64,000 nt of DNA. Origin: Nitrososphaerota archaeon (GTDB lineage Archaea > Thermoproteota > Nitrososphaeria_A > Caldarchaeales > Caldarchaeaceae). The translations under genes were made by a program, and so were the position numbers. The stretch lies in contig JBEPYN010000001.1 in assembly GCA_041641305.1 (NCBI GenBank), positions 160,001 through 224,000 on the forward strand, in the 5' to 3' direction. Every line of letters begins with the position of its first letter. The stretch's first letter is position 1. This document shows, one piece after another, positions 10,558 to 20,920 of this stretch. The notes beneath the pieces were generated by a model. The model was given only the letters and a program-made list of their open reading frames with translations, made no database searches and had not been told where the DNA came from.

Positions 10558-11121
10558 GTGCCAAAAGGCCCACCGCCGAAAATCGAGATACAGAACGTCG
10601 TGTCCAGCGTAACTCTGTTCCAGAAGCTTGACCTGGCCCAGATACAGCGAACTTTCCCCGATGTCGAATATAAGCCTGCTCAGTTTCCGGGACTTGTGTT
10701 CAGGCTTGCGAAGCCTAAGACGGCGACGCTCATTTTCAGCAGCGGCAAGATGGTGTGCACAGGTGCGAAAAGTGAGGAAGAGTCGATACGCGCGGTTAGG
10801 ACAGTTGTGAAGGCTTTGAAGAAGGAGGGGTTTGTGATACGTGAGGAGCCACAGATTGAGATTCAGAACATAGTGGCCTCAATAGATCTACATGGGCGCA
10901 TAGACTTAGAGAAAGCGGCCATGACACTGGAGAACGTGATGTATGAGCCTGAACAGTTTCCCGGACTCATCTACAGGATGAACAGCCCCAAGGTAGTCAT
11001 ACTGATGTTCGCGAGCGGCAAACTCGTCTGCACCGGCGCGAAGTATGAGAAAGATGTATACGAGGCTGTTAGCAAGCTTCAGCAGCTTCTGGAGGAGAAA
11101 GAGCTGATAAGCTACGATTAG
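10558..11121 (+). CDS. tbp: TATA-box binding protein
   Basis: Two repeats of IQNxV...YxPxQFPGL...FxSGKxVCTGAK. Confidence 0.97.
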   Translation: MPKGPPPKIEIQNVVSSVTLFQKLDLAQIQRTFPDVEYKPAQFPGLVFRLAKPKTATLIFSSGKMVCTGAKSEEESIRAVRTVVKALKKEGFVIREEPQIEIQNIVASIDLHGRIDLEKAAMTLENVMYEPEQFPGLIYRMNSPKVVILMFASGKLVCTGAKYEKDVYEAVSKLQQLLEEKELISYD

Positions 11122-11915
11122 ACAGGGAAAAATGCTCTCAAAAGGGGGAGGGTTTTCACTGGCTCGAGTCCTAGCAACTTTACTGACACACTTAGGCTAA
11201 ATAAGACAAGGACCACAAGTAAGAAGAAGATGTCCTTTCTCTTCATGTTTAGTTGCTTTAGGCTGGTTCTTTTACGTGATGCTCCAAAGCATTTTACCTC
11301 CATCGCCTCGGCTAGCTCGTATGAGCGGCGTATCACGTTGACAAGCAGCGGGACAAGCACTGGGATGAGGTTGCGTATCCGTTTGGTGAAGGGGCCTTTG
11401 TCAACCTCGAGGCCCCGAGCCCTCTGAGCATCCAAAACCACCTGCAGCTCCTCAGCCATGACGGGCGTGAACCTTATCGCAGACACAAAGGCGAAGGTGT
11501 ATTCATAGGGGACGCGGAGCTGCTGCAGCGTCAATGCGATTTCATCAGGCGTCGTGGTCAAAAAGAAAAGCGAGAAAGATGATAGAAAAACCAGCAGCCG
11601 TAGAGAATATGTTAAGGCATATCCCAGCCCCGTGACCAGCTCAGGCTCCCTGCTATATTGGGAGAAAAAAGTGATGACGAAAACTATTGCGACAAGCGGA
11701 AGGGCTCCTCTGATCGTTTTTATCCACAGTTTTTGAACTTTGGCCGACAGGATCACAAGGCTTTCGAGCGTTAGCAGGAGTAGTATTATGACGATGTCGA
11801 TGTGGATGACTGCTGTAACGAGGACCAGTGTTGAGGTGGCGAGCTTAACTCTCGGATCAAGCCTGTGGATAAATGTTGTGCCAGGCCGGAACCTCAGCCC
11901 TTCAAACAGGCTCAT
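11118..11915 (-). CDS. ecfT: ECF transporter T component
   Basis: LDPRVKL, AQRARG, AMEVKCF; hydrophobic. Confidence 0.9.
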   Translation of the reverse strand: MSLFEGLRFRPGTTFIHRLDPRVKLATSTLVLVTAVIHIDIVIILLLLTLESLVILSAKVQKLWIKTIRGALPLVAIVFVITFFSQYSREPELVTGLGYALTYSLRLLVFLSSFSLFFLTTTPDEIALTLQQLRVPYEYTFAFVSAIRFTPVMAEELQVVLDAQRARGLEVDKGPFTKRIRNLIPVLVPLLVNVIRRSYELAEAMEVKCFGASRKRTSLKQLNMKRKDIFFLLVVLVLFSLSVSVKLLGLEPVKTLPLLRAFFPV

Positions 11916-12729
11916 GACGCAGCACCTTCAAAACCTGTTTAACAGCTTCATCCACGTCAAGAACCCGGCTTTCGAAGCCGAGGTCTTTAAGCCTCTTAAA
12001 AGCATAGACCAGCTGAGGCATCAGGATAGAAGCCTTCTTCACAACCACCTCATCTGTTAGTATCTCTTCACACCTGCCATCGGCTACTACTTCGCCCTTG
12101 GACAAGAGGATGACCCGCGGCCTCAGCTCGGCCACGAACTCGACGTCATGGGTTGCGAGCAAGACAGTTCTTCCCTGTGTGTTAAGCATCTTTATCATGT
12201 GTTTCATCTTTTCTTTCTGGAGACTGTCCTGCCCAATTGTCGGCTCGTCGAGGCAGATGATTCGCGGGCTCCATGCCATTATGATGGCCATGGCAAGCCT
12301 CTTCTTCTCACCTCCGCTGAGCAGGAAGGGTGACTGGTTGGCGTATGTGTCTAGCTCGAAGAACTTGAGAGCCCACTCAACCCTTTTCCGCACAACATCC
12401 TCGCTGTATCCAAAGTTTCTCAACGCAAAAGCGACTTCGTCGAAAACGGTTGACTCGAAGAACATGTCTTCAGCGTTTTGGAAAACAAGCCCAGCAATCT
12501 GCGAAAGCTGGGCAACAGAGGCTGTTTTTGTCTCGACACCCTCCACAATTACCCTGCCCTTAACAGGTTTGAGTAGGCCGTTTACATGTTTGAGGAGCGT
12601 GGTTTTGCCTGAGCCATTTTCACCCATGAGAGCGACTAGCTCACCTGGCCTAAACTCGAGGGAGACGCCTTTCAGGGCGTGGACATTAGAGGGATAGGTG
12701 TAGTGTACCGATTCAAAGATGGCTGACAA
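11902..12729 (-). CDS. ecfA2: ECF transporter ATPase
   Basis: GENGSGKTT, LSGGEKKR, DEPT. Confidence 0.9.
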   Translation of the reverse strand: MSAIFESVHYTYPSNVHALKGVSLEFRPGELVALMGENGSGKTTLLKHVNGLLKPVKGRVIVEGVETKTASVAQLSQIAGLVFQNAEDMFFESTVFDEVAFALRNFGYSEDVVRKRVEWALKFFELDTYANQSPFLLSGGEKKRLAMAIIMAWSPRIICLDEPTIGQDSLQKEKMKHMIKMLNTQGRTVLLATHDVEFVAELRPRVILLSKGEVVADGRCEEILTDEVVVKKASILMPQLVYAFKRLKDLGFESRVLDVDEAVKQVLKVLRHEPV

Positions 12730-13561
12730 GGCTTCTCACCTCGGCCTCAAACTCCTCTGCGCTCAAGCAGACCCTGTTCCACTTCTCCAAATGTGTCTTG
12801 AGTTTTTTGCTGACGCTGGTGATCTTGGGTGTGGCGACGCCGTGTAGATGCGAGTCGTGGAATTCGAAGAAGTCTCGTGGCGAACCGTCGAAGACCACTC
12901 GCCCGTCCGAGACAACCACTATTCTATCTGCTTTGGCCGCGGCCAGCTCAACCCTGTGCTCAACGAGTAAAACGGTTAGCTGAAGCTTTTTTCTGACATC
13001 GTCGATGAGACTGAGGAGCTGTGAAGCCGTTAACGGGTCGAGGAAAGAGGTGGGTTCATCCATGGCGAGTATCTTGGGCTTCATGGCGAGAACCGATGCT
13101 ATCGCGACTCTCTGCTGCTGGCCTCCAGAGAGCTCGAAGGGGGACCTGTCTCTGAGGTGTGTTATGTTGAGTAGGTTCATGGCTTCTTCGACGCGTTGAA
13201 TTATTTCCTCGCGGGGAAGCCCGAGGTTTTCGAGGGGGAAGGCTATGTCGGCTTCGACGGATAATGCGAAGAGCTGGTTCTGCGGGTTCTGGAAAACCAT
13301 GCCGATGACCTGTGACATCTTGTGTGTGGGTGTCTTGTCTGGCTCAAGCCCGTCGACTATGACCCGGCCGCTGTATTCACCCTCGTAAAACTGCGGAATC
13401 AAGCCGTTCAAACATCGGAGGAGGGTTGATTTTCCTCCGCCGCTCGGCCCCACAAGCAAAACGAACTCTCCTTTCTCGACCGAGAGGTTAATGTTTTTCA
13501 GGGCAGGCTTGTTGCTTCCGGCATAGGTGAACGATAGGTCATTTACCTGGATGATTGTCAT
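12713..13561 (-). CDS. ecfA1: ECF transporter ATPase
   Basis: GPSGGGKST, VFQNP, LSGGQQQR, DEPT. Confidence 0.9.
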   Translation of the reverse strand: MTIIQVNDLSFTYAGSNKPALKNINLSVEKGEFVLLVGPSGGGKSTLLRCLNGLIPQFYEGEYSGRVIVDGLEPDKTPTHKMSQVIGMVFQNPQNQLFALSVEADIAFPLENLGLPREEIIQRVEEAMNLLNITHLRDRSPFELSGGQQQRVAIASVLAMKPKILAMDEPTSFLDPLTASQLLSLIDDVRKKLQLTVLLVEHRVELAAAKADRIVVVSDGRVVFDGSPRDFFEFHDSHLHGVATPKITSVSKKLKTHLEKWNRVCLSAEEFEAEVRSLVSHL

Positions 13562-13564
13562 ATG

Positions 13565-14584
13565 TTACTCGGCCAGCTCCACAGCGGGTGTCGACAGCAG
13601 CGTTGACAAGCCCTTCACAGCCTCCTCGACGACCCTATCCACAGGTGCTTTGAGACGCAGCCTTGCGGCCCCAACATGTCCTCCGCCGTCGCCCTCAAAC
13701 CTCCGCAGAAGATAATTTACGAGGTCGTCTCCAAGCCCTACTCCGGCGAATTTCTGGAAATCGTAGGAGCCGCGTGCAGCCAGTATTGTGTATTCTCCCT
13801 TCTCACCTGCGACCAGAGCGACATGGGCGCCCGCGTTCACAAGAGTGCGCGCAACCGATGAGAGATAGCTGTTGACACGTGAGACGGCCACGAACCAGTC
13901 ACCCAACCTATAAACCGATGCACGGCGCAAACCCTTCAGCCTCGCTATCCTCTCCGCATCATCACCACGAGGCTCGAGCATCCCCAGCACAGAATAGGGA
14001 TTGATTCTCTGGAGAAGCCTCGCGGCCTTGATAGCCACTTCTTCATCGGCTATCGAGAGCCTTACGGTGTCGTAGTATATTCCGAGGAAAAGTGCCTCCG
14101 CCGTCTCCTTGTCCATGACGAGGTTTAAATATTCTACCAAGTCGTATACTATTTCCGCTGTTGCCAGATAATTTGGAGAAACTAATGTGGTTGCTCCGCT
14201 GTTTTCTACGGTTCTAACGTGGTGGTCTATCGAGATGATTGGCTTGCCCGAGCCGTAAACCATGTCCATGTATTCTCCGAGGAGATGGGGAGAGCCGACG
14301 TCTACAAGCAGGTAGACATCAGGTTTCTCCACGAGTTTCTCCTTGACCCCCAGATGCTCCATTATTGCTTTGACGTGTAGAGCGGATTCCTCGGGGATGA
14401 GAAAACCCGTTTCCGAGGCTTCATAATTCTGAGAGAGAAGCCTGCACATCACGTACGCCGAGCCGACCGAGTCGGCGTCCCCTCCCCAGTGGGAAAGCAC
14501 CTGCACTCGCCGGCCTCTGACATGATGCTGTAAAATCCTGTGAATCTCCGAGATAAAGCCGTGGTCTCTCATTTTCCGTGACAA
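13565..14584 (-). CDS. DHH-family phosphoesterase with DHHA1 domain
   Basis: H-x-x-x-D-x-D, IDHH, YYDT, GGGH motifs. Confidence 0.88.
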   Translation of the reverse strand: MSRKMRDHGFISEIHRILQHHVRGRRVQVLSHWGGDADSVGSAYVMCRLLSQNYEASETGFLIPEESALHVKAIMEHLGVKEKLVEKPDVYLLVDVGSPHLLGEYMDMVYGSGKPIISIDHHVRTVENSGATTLVSPNYLATAEIVYDLVEYLNLVMDKETAEALFLGIYYDTVRLSIADEEVAIKAARLLQRINPYSVLGMLEPRGDDAERIARLKGLRRASVYRLGDWFVAVSRVNSYLSSVARTLVNAGAHVALVAGEKGEYTILAARGSYDFQKFAGVGLGDDLVNYLLRRFEGDGGGHVGAARLRLKAPVDRVVEEAVKGLSTLLSTPAVELAE

Positions 14585-14616
14585 AAGATATGAGTGATGT
14601 TTTAAACTCTATGGCT

Positions 14617-14982
14617 CTACTGCTCCGAAGCCTGTCCGCCTGAGAGCAGTTTCTGAACCTCTTTCTGGAGAGACTCGATCTGAGCGCGGGCCCTAGACTC
14701 CTGTCTCTCTATCACTTTCAGCCTTGTGTCGGCTAGCTCCTTTCTCTCTGTAAGTTCTGCGACCATTTTCTCTTTGCTTGTTTGAACGAGGACAGGGCCC
14801 ACGGCCTTGAACAACACGGCCGAGTCATCCATTTTGTTTATCTCCTCCAAAGCCGCCGTCACCTCGGCGAGCTCCGACTCGATTCTCTGTTTTTCCGAGA
14901 GAAGGAGGCTCAGGCTTTGCTGCAGCTGCTGAAGCCTCAGCACCTGCTGCTGAACGTTGGGGGGAAGCTGTCTCTCAGCCAT
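14617..14982 (-). CDS. pfdB: Prefoldin beta subunit
   Basis: LPPNVQQQ, FKAVGPVLV hairpin, coiled coils; position in the superoperon. Confidence 0.93.
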   Translation of the reverse strand: MAERQLPPNVQQQVLRLQQLQQSLSLLLSEKQRIESELAEVTAALEEINKMDDSAVLFKAVGPVLVQTSKEKMVAELTERKELADTRLKVIERQESRARAQIESLQKEVQKLLSGGQASEQ

Positions 14983-15226
14983 TCTCCAGCACCTCCATCG
15001 TAGCCAAGGAAACGTTCAAGAGCCTTATTACTGTGTTGGCTGCGGCACGGGCCGCGGTGATGTCCTCTGCCTCAAGCTTCACGGTAACATCGCCGTCGAT
15101 CCTCTCTACGGATGTCTTTGACCTCCTCGACTTGATGGAATCAGTTTCGGGTTTTAGGCTCTTTAAAATGGATGAGGCTTTGTCAGGGTCGGTGGAAAAC
15201 TCTATGAAAATTGTTACATGGGCCAT
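14975..15226 (-). CDS. pcc1: KEOPS complex subunit Pcc1
   Basis: SLKPE...RS...AEDITAARAAANT; canonical position between rpl37ae and pfdB. Confidence 0.85.
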   Translation of the reverse strand: MAHVTIFIEFSTDPDKASSILKSLKPETDSIKSRRSKTSVERIDGDVTVKLEAEDITAARAAANTVIRLLNVSLATMEVLENG

Positions 15227-15448
15227 TTATTTCTCAGCCTTGGGTGTGTAGGCTTGTCCAGCGAACTTGTAGCCGCATCTCCTGCACTGCCATATGCCGA
15301 CCGAGACCCGCCGCACTCTCTTTGCCCCACATCTGTCGCAGACATGGCGTGCTCTAGCAACAGAGACGACCTCGGCCCATTTCTTCCTCAGTGTGGATCC
15401 GTACCTTGGTCCGAGCCCCTTCGCAATGGCCTGACGACTTTTAACCAT
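15227..15448 (-). CDS. rpl37ae: 50S ribosomal protein L37Ae (eL43)
   Basis: GPRYGSTLRK, CDRC...VGIWQCRRC...FAGQAY. Confidence 0.93.
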   Translation of the reverse strand: MVKSRQAIAKGLGPRYGSTLRKKWAEVVSVARARHVCDRCGAKRVRRVSVGIWQCRRCGYKFAGQAYTPKAEK

Positions 15449-16268
15449 CTCCAACACCTTCCACTAATTTGCTTCTAAGCATAGTGGATGCATCAAGCCC
15501 AATTTTAACCATCTCCTTGAACATGTTCACGGGAAGCAGGCCTGGCGAACTCTTCTGAACAGCCGACAAAACACCTTCGCTGTCGTATCCTATGGTTACG
15601 ACAGTGTCAGCCACCTCCTCCTCCGCCGGCAGAGGGTCTACAACAATCTTGTCGCGGATAAGCGCCATAGTCACGCTTACGGGCAGTGTTCTCATGGGTA
15701 GCTTCATCTTCTCACCCGGCACAGCCTCCACTTTACCGTCCACCACACGGTAGACGGGGAGCGTCATGGTCTTAAGCGCGGCCACCGCGGAAAGAACAGA
15801 TGCGTCAAAGTAGTTGCCGTCATAGTCCAAAACATAGCAGTCTATGAAAATCATGTAAACCTTCTGACCCTCTACTATGCATAGCTTATCGACCTCGATG
15901 GCTTTGCTCTCCCTGATAACCCTGTCCACAATACGTGAGAGCTCTATGGCTCTTTCATCGGGTGGCCCTGGCTCAAACGTCTTTGACGCGAGCGGCAGCA
16001 GCTCTGCGTTGACCGTGAATACTCCTTCGTTTGGACGATCGGGATAAGGCGTGCCGACCTCTACCTTTATTCCTGTGAGAATCTTTGTTTTGCCGAGCGA
16101 GACGAGGGCTGAGCCGTTCGCTTTCTCAACAACACCTGTCGATATCTCGATTCTCCTGTATTGCAGTGGATCGCGTTCGTCTATTCTTTTCCCGATTTTC
16201 AGTAGGTCGTATATCTTGTTCTTCATTATCTTTATGCCGTACCCACGTTTCTCCAGTCCAAGGCTCAT
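15441..16268 (-). CDS. rrp42: Exosome subunit Rrp42
   Basis: RNase PH fold: [21 protein letters not shown]. Confidence 0.94.
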   Translation of the reverse strand: MSLGLEKRGYGIKIMKNKIYDLLKIGKRIDERDPLQYRRIEISTGVVEKANGSALVSLGKTKILTGIKVEVGTPYPDRPNEGVFTVNAELLPLASKTFEPGPPDERAIELSRIVDRVIRESKAIEVDKLCIVEGQKVYMIFIDCYVLDYDGNYFDASVLSAVAALKTMTLPVYRVVDGKVEAVPGEKMKLPMRTLPVSVTMALIRDKIVVDPLPAEEEVADTVVTIGYDSEGVLSAVQKSSPGLLPVNMFKEMVKIGLDASTMLRSKLVEGVGDG

Positions 16269-17005
16269 GTTTCCAGCCCCTCCGGCTCAACACGGTATTT
16301 CCGTTTGAGCGCGTCTATTTGCATCTGGTGTATTTTCTGAACAGCTTGTTGCGCCATCTCAAGGCCTTTGTCAATCTCCTCGGGCGTCATCCTACCGTTA
16401 AGCTGCAGAAGAACTATCGAGTTTATGCGTGGCGCTATAGCCACAGGCATGTCTGCTTCACCATACTTGTCTTCCTGCTCGTTGATGTCGAGGACAAGAA
16501 CTCCGTCAACCTTCCCAACAGCTATCGCCGCAATCATGTCAGACATCGGTATACCAGCGTCGGCCAGGGCCAGCGAAGCTGCAGTTATACCGGCTGTTCT
16601 CGTCCCGCCATCTGCCTGAATGACTTCGACGAAGATATCTATCATCATTCTGGGAAACTCTTCGAGAAAAACAACTGTTTCAAGGGCTTCTCGGATTACT
16701 TTGGAGAGCTCTATTTCACGTCGCGTCATGCCGAGTGGTTTCCGCTCGTCTACGCTAAAGGAGGCCATGTGGTATCTGCAGTTTATGACGCCTTTGTCCG
16801 GGAGTTCGAGGTGTTTGGGGTGAACCTCTCGGGGCCCTATGACGCCTGCGTAAATCCTTGTACCACCTAGCTCGACGTAGGCTGAGCCGTCAGTCTTCTC
16901 CAACACTCCGACCTCCATCCTCATCTTCCTCATCTCGTCAGGTCTCCGGCCATCAACCCTCAAACCATTTTCATCAATTAGACGAATCTTCACCACCTCC
17001 TCCAA
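16265..17005 (-). CDS. rrp41: Exosome subunit Rrp41
   Basis: [32 protein letters not shown]. Confidence 0.95.
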   Translation of the reverse strand: MEEVVKIRLIDENGLRVDGRRPDEMRKMRMEVGVLEKTDGSAYVELGGTRIYAGVIGPREVHPKHLELPDKGVINCRYHMASFSVDERKPLGMTRREIELSKVIREALETVVFLEEFPRMMIDIFVEVIQADGGTRTAGITAASLALADAGIPMSDMIAAIAVGKVDGVLVLDINEQEDKYGEADMPVAIAPRINSIVLLQLNGRMTPEEIDKGLEMAQQAVQKIHQMQIDALKRKYRVEPEGLET

Positions 17006-17645
17006 GCATTTTCCTAATCATCTGGATAACTCGTTCAGTTAACCCAGATGTGTGCGCTTCCCTCTCAATCATGTTCACCGCCGCCACTGCGGCGAACTCG
17101 TGGGCAGGGTCTGGCCCGTTGACCACTATTAAACCGTTGCGACCGACCCAGAAGTCGCATCCCGTCTCTCGGCGGAGAACCTGAAGCATCGAGCCTTTTC
17201 TCCCTATTATGCGCGGAACCTTAGCCGCGTTGACGGAGACGAGGATGCCTGAAGGTATTTTCTGCAGACCCTCTGTGGCGAGAACTATTCCTTTTAGGCC
17301 TGTTGCCTTTACTTCCGCGAGGACACAGTCGCCTATGTCGATTTTGAGGGGTGTGGTTTCTCTCTCATGCGGCTTGATGACGGCTGTTGTTTCTCCCCCG
17401 ATGTCCACCTCCACAGCGTTCGGCTTGACGTCGGAGACTATTCCAACTACCTTGTCACCTCTCTGAGGCCTGTATCTTCCGCTGACAGGAACCACTCTGA
17501 GGACGCCGTTGCTGAATTTGGCGAAGCCCATCACCGACGCGTAGACCTTGCCATCACGGACATAAGTGCCGAATCCGCTTTGCCTCGGGTTGTCTGACAG
17601 CAATTGACCGGGAACAACAATCTCACTCTCGCTAAAGTACTGCAT
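16974..17645 (-). CDS. rrp4: Exosome RNA-binding subunit Rrp4
   Basis: VVPGQ, S1 domain, [14 protein letters not shown] domain, EAHTSGLT. Confidence 0.94.
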   Translation of the reverse strand: MQYFSESEIVVPGQLLSDNPRQSGFGTYVRDGKVYASVMGFAKFSNGVLRVVPVSGRYRPQRGDKVVGIVSDVKPNAVEVDIGGETTAVIKPHERETTPLKIDIGDCVLAEVKATGLKGIVLATEGLQKIPSGILVSVNAAKVPRIIGRKGSMLQVLRRETGCDFWVGRNGLIVVNGPDPAHEFAAVAAVNMIEREAHTSGLTERVIQMIRKMLGGGGEDSSN

Positions 17646-17646
17646 A

Positions 17647-18345
17647 TCAGCCCACCGGCTTTACCTCCACTCTTCCTCCGCAGATCTTGTTAAGCCTGTC
17701 TATTAGATCTGCCTGAACACCTGTCGGTATCTCTGCAACGCATCGCCAGCTTCCGTCTCCCAGCCAACTCTCCTCAAGTATGTTGCCCATGCTCCGTATC
17801 AGGCCATACACTTTGCCCATGAACTCGCCTGCGACCCGGACCTCCACCTTCATGTTCCCAATCTTGATGGGCAGAACTCGTCTAAGTTTCTCGATAGCTT
17901 TCATTGCCTCGACCTTGGGGTCTGCGAAAGGCTCAATGGAGAGGCCTACCTGCTCGAGTGCGAGTTCAATTCTTTGCGGCGGATGCGGCGTGTTGGTTCT
18001 GGAGTCTATGGCGTTTTTCGCGATGAAATCAATTATCTGCCGTTTCTTCTCCTCGATGAGCCTTCGCCTCTGCTCGGTGGTGATAAGGACTTCGCCGTCG
18101 GTCATGATTTTCTCCGCCACCGCACGTGCATCCGTTGTCCCAAAAGCCTTCTTCAACTCGCTTTCAGAAGCTCTAACACCTTTCTTCCAGTCCTTGAAAA
18201 CCTCCTCGTACACCAGAATCTTTGATATGGGGATTTTTTCCCCTAATTTGTAGCGCAAAGCGTTGTCTGGGTCCACAAGAACCTCGTATGTTGTTCCACC
18301 GATACCGAGCCTTGCTATCGTATAGTTTTCACGTTGCTTAGGCAT
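17647..18345 (-). CDS. sdo1: Ribosome maturation factor SBDS/Sdo1
   Basis: EVLVDPD, AFGTTD, PHPPQRIE. Confidence 0.94.
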   Translation of the reverse strand: MPKQRENYTIARLGIGGTTYEVLVDPDNALRYKLGEKIPISKILVYEEVFKDWKKGVRASESELKKAFGTTDARAVAEKIMTDGEVLITTEQRRRLIEEKKRQIIDFIAKNAIDSRTNTPHPPQRIELALEQVGLSIEPFADPKVEAMKAIEKLRRVLPIKIGNMKVEVRVAGEFMGKVYGLIRSMGNILEESWLGDGSWRCVAEIPTGVQADLIDRLNKICGGRVEVKPVG

Positions 18346-18356
18346 CCTCGGCTCAA

Positions 18357-19091
18357 CTACTGTTTCTTTGCCTTGATCAGGTTTTCTAGAAGGGCGTTTA
18401 GCTCAGGCTGTGGCTTCAGAGTGTATTTCCTCGTTGTCAGAGGGATTGTGACAAGCCTGACTGTCCACCCCTCCTCGATTTTGTCAACAGAGTCAACAAG
18501 GGCGCCGAGTGCGAGTTCTACGGCTTTGTCGAGAGACAAGTCGCTGCGGTAGTTGTTTTCGAAGATTTCCCTTACCTTGTCAGCACCTCTGCCGATGGCC
18601 CATGCGTTGTACTCGAGGATGAGGCCGCTTGGCTCCGCGTAGAAGAGCCTTGGCCCTGTTTTGTCGACTCCTCCTATGAGAAGAGCTGTGCCAAAAGGCC
18701 TTACTCCCGCGTGCTGCGTGTAGAGCTGCATTATGTCGCCCACTCTTCTCGCCACAGCCTCGACCAGCGGTTCCTCGTCATAGGAGAGCCTTAGTGTCTG
18801 GGCGTAAACTCTCGCGTTGTCGACAAGAACTCTCGCGTCGGAGTTTAGTCCCGCCGTCGCCGACCCTATGTGCTCATCTATCTGGAAAATTTTCCAAGAG
18901 AAGTCAGGGTTCTGCAGCTTAGTGTGCATACGCTCTTCAACGGCCAGCACAACCCCTTCGCGGCAAGTAATGGCGAGAGCGGTTGAGCCTGACCGAACAG
19001 TCTCGAGAGCATATTCAACTTGGTAGAGCCGTCCCTGCGGTGAAAAAACAGTGATAGCCCTGTCATATGCACCAGTCATTCCCAGCGCCAT
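18357..19091 (-). CDS. psmA: 20S proteasome alpha subunit
   Basis: YDRAITVFSPQGRLYQVEYA, RPFG. Confidence 0.97.
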   Translation of the reverse strand: MALGMTGAYDRAITVFSPQGRLYQVEYALETVRSGSTALAITCREGVVLAVEERMHTKLQNPDFSWKIFQIDEHIGSATAGLNSDARVLVDNARVYAQTLRLSYDEEPLVEAVARRVGDIMQLYTQHAGVRPFGTALLIGGVDKTGPRLFYAEPSGLILEYNAWAIGRGADKVREIFENNYRSDLSLDKAVELALGALVDSVDKIEEGWTVRLVTIPLTTRKYTLKPQPELNALLENLIKAKKQ

Positions 19092-19194
19092 TGCTCAACA
19101 CACCTATGGTGTGAGAGTTTGCTGGGATTAAATAAAGTTACCGTAGCTGAAGTCATCGTTTTAACGCTATATAGGGCTGGTAACATTATGCACC

Positions 19195-19398
19195 ATGCCT
19201 CTGTGCAGCGAGTGCGGGGGAGGACTAGTTTACGACCGGGAGCTGAGACTATACACATGCAGCTCATGCGGCGCAACCTACACTTCTCAAGACCTTTTGG
19301 TGGAGAAGGAGAAGAAGTTTAACGCAAGGTTCGAGGAGGAGAGGAAAAGACGCAGAAGAGAAGAGTACCTCGAATGGTGGCTTAGCTCGAAGCAGTGA
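19195..19398 (+). CDS. Small Zn-ribbon protein (TFIIB-like ribbon plus basic helix)
   Basis: CSECGG...YTCSSCG; C-terminal EEYLEWWLS; TATA-like tatata about 25 nt upstream. Confidence 0.75.
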   Translation: MPLCSECGGGLVYDRELRLYTCSSCGATYTSQDLLVEKEKKFNARFEEERKRRRREEYLEWWLSSKQ

Positions 19399-20701
19399 AA
19401 GCGTTCTCGACGGCGAAAGCTACCCTTAGAAGCCTGAGGTCTTCTCCACATGGGCCCACGAGCTGCATCCCGACTGGGAGGCCATGAGCGGTGGTTCCCG
19501 CCGGTATGCTGATTGCGGGAGAACCGTAGAGGTTGAATGGCTCAGTATTCTTTAATGAAGCCTCGCGGACAGAAATGAGCTGTCCGTCGACTTCGATGTT
19601 TTCCTCGTCAACCCGGTGAGCAGGTATCAGGGTTGTCGGCGTAGCCAAAACATCTACTTTTGTGAAAATTTTTTCAAAGCCTCTTGTCAGCTTTTTCCTT
19701 GCTCTCAAAGCGTTCAGGTAGGCTGCGGCAGGTATTGCAAGACCTCTGACAATACGGTCCCGCACATCCTGTCCATACTCGTTGAGCCTTCCGCGTGATA
19801 GCCTGAGGTGGAAGGCAGCGGCCTCCGCAAACGCTATAACAGACCTGCATCGAGCTGCTTTCTCAACGTTCTCGACAACTATGTCCTCCAGAACAGCGCC
19901 TCTATGCTCTAAAGTTTTCAGACCCTTCTCAAACACCTCTGCGACATGTTTGTCCAAGGGCTCGAGAAAATAGTTAAGCGGCACACCTATTCTGAGGTCT
20001 TTGAGCGGTAGAGGCCTTATTCCGCCGGGTTTTACCGGCTTATTCACCAACACGGAGTATACGAGAATTGTTTCCCAGACGCTTCTCGCGAGGATGCCGA
20101 CGTGGTCCATGCTCCAGCTCAAAGGTATGACGCCTTCGTTGCTCAACCGCCCAGATGTTGGCTTGAAGCCCACAACCCCGCAGAAAGATGCAGGCACCCT
20201 GACAGAGCCCGCTGTGTCGGTCCCCAGCCCGATGTCACACATGCCGAGCGCAACGGCTACAGCAGAACCTCCGCTTGAGCCTCCCGATACGCGTGAGGTG
20301 TCATACGGGTTGAGACACGCGCCATAGAATGGGTTGATGTTGGAGACGCCGAATGCGAACTCGTGGAGGTTTGTTTTCCCGTTTACAGCACCGCCAGCCT
20401 CTAAGACCCTCGCCACAACGGCCGCTGTCCTGTTTGAGATATTGTTTGCCAACAGCTTTGAACCAGCGGTGGTGGGATAACCCTTAACATGAAAAACATC
20501 CTTCACACCGAAGCTGATGCCATGTAAAACCTTTCTCCGAAAACCCTTGTCGACGACGGGTTTAGGAAATACCGTTATGTAGGCCCTGTAGACATCATTC
20601 ATCTCCTCTATGATTTTGTATTGTTTCCTCCATCTCTCTTCTGGGTTGAAGTTTCCTGTGGAGAAGAGGTTCCGAAGCTGGTTAGAAGGGCTGCTCCTCA
20701 T
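19382..20701 (-). CDS. Amidase-signature family enzyme
   Basis: GVKD, GKTNLHEFA, GGSSGGS, GTDTAGSVRVPA (Ser-cisSer-Lys triad). Start uncertain. Confidence 0.9.
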   Translation of the reverse strand: MRSSPSNQLRNLFSTGNFNPEERWRKQYKIIEEMNDVYRAYITVFPKPVVDKGFRRKVLHGISFGVKDVFHVKGYPTTAGSKLLANNISNRTAAVVARVLEAGGAVNGKTNLHEFAFGVSNINPFYGACLNPYDTSRVSGGSSGGSAVAVALGMCDIGLGTDTAGSVRVPASFCGVVGFKPTSGRLSNEGVIPLSWSMDHVGILARSVWETILVYSVLVNKPVKPGGIRPLPLKDLRIGVPLNYFLEPLDKHVAEVFEKGLKTLEHRGAVLEDIVVENVEKAARCRSVIAFAEAAAFHLRLSRGRLNEYGQDVRDRIVRGLAIPAAAYLNALRARKKLTRGFEKIFTKVDVLATPTTLIPAHRVDEENIEVDGQLISVREASLKNTEPFNLYGSPAISIPAGTTAHGLPVGMQLVGPCGEDLRLLRVAFAVENAFTASS

Positions 20702-20828
20702 CCTCAACCAGCTCCAACAACTCCGCAAGAATCTCGAGGTTTTTGTCATATGCCTGTGTAAAAAGCCGGTAAACCTCCTCGCCTGACAAACCCACGAGTC
20801 TGAGAATCCTGACCTCAGGATCAGGCAT
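20682..20828 (-). CDS. 48-aa acidic helical protein overlapping the amidase start (possible small subunit)
   Basis: MPDPEVRILRLVGLSGEEVYRLFTQAYDKNLEILAELLELVEDEEQPF. Confidence 0.5.
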   Translation of the reverse strand: MPDPEVRILRLVGLSGEEVYRLFTQAYDKNLEILAELLELVEDEEQPF

Positions 20829-20920
20829 CTTGGTATGTTGTCTACTGCATGCTATTATAGTTATGGAGGTGGCAAAGTCTAAATAGCGTCTATAGGGTTT
20901 GGCTTTGGGAGTTCTGAAGA

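Noticed and set aside
16085-16870. Long antisense ORFs (also 24001..24798, 37473..38255, 42796..43557)
   Set aside because: They lie opposite well-supported conserved genes and have no motifs.
19382-20701. Calling the amidase gatA
   Set aside because: No gatB context, GatA-specific C-terminal motifs not evident, and AsnRS is present.
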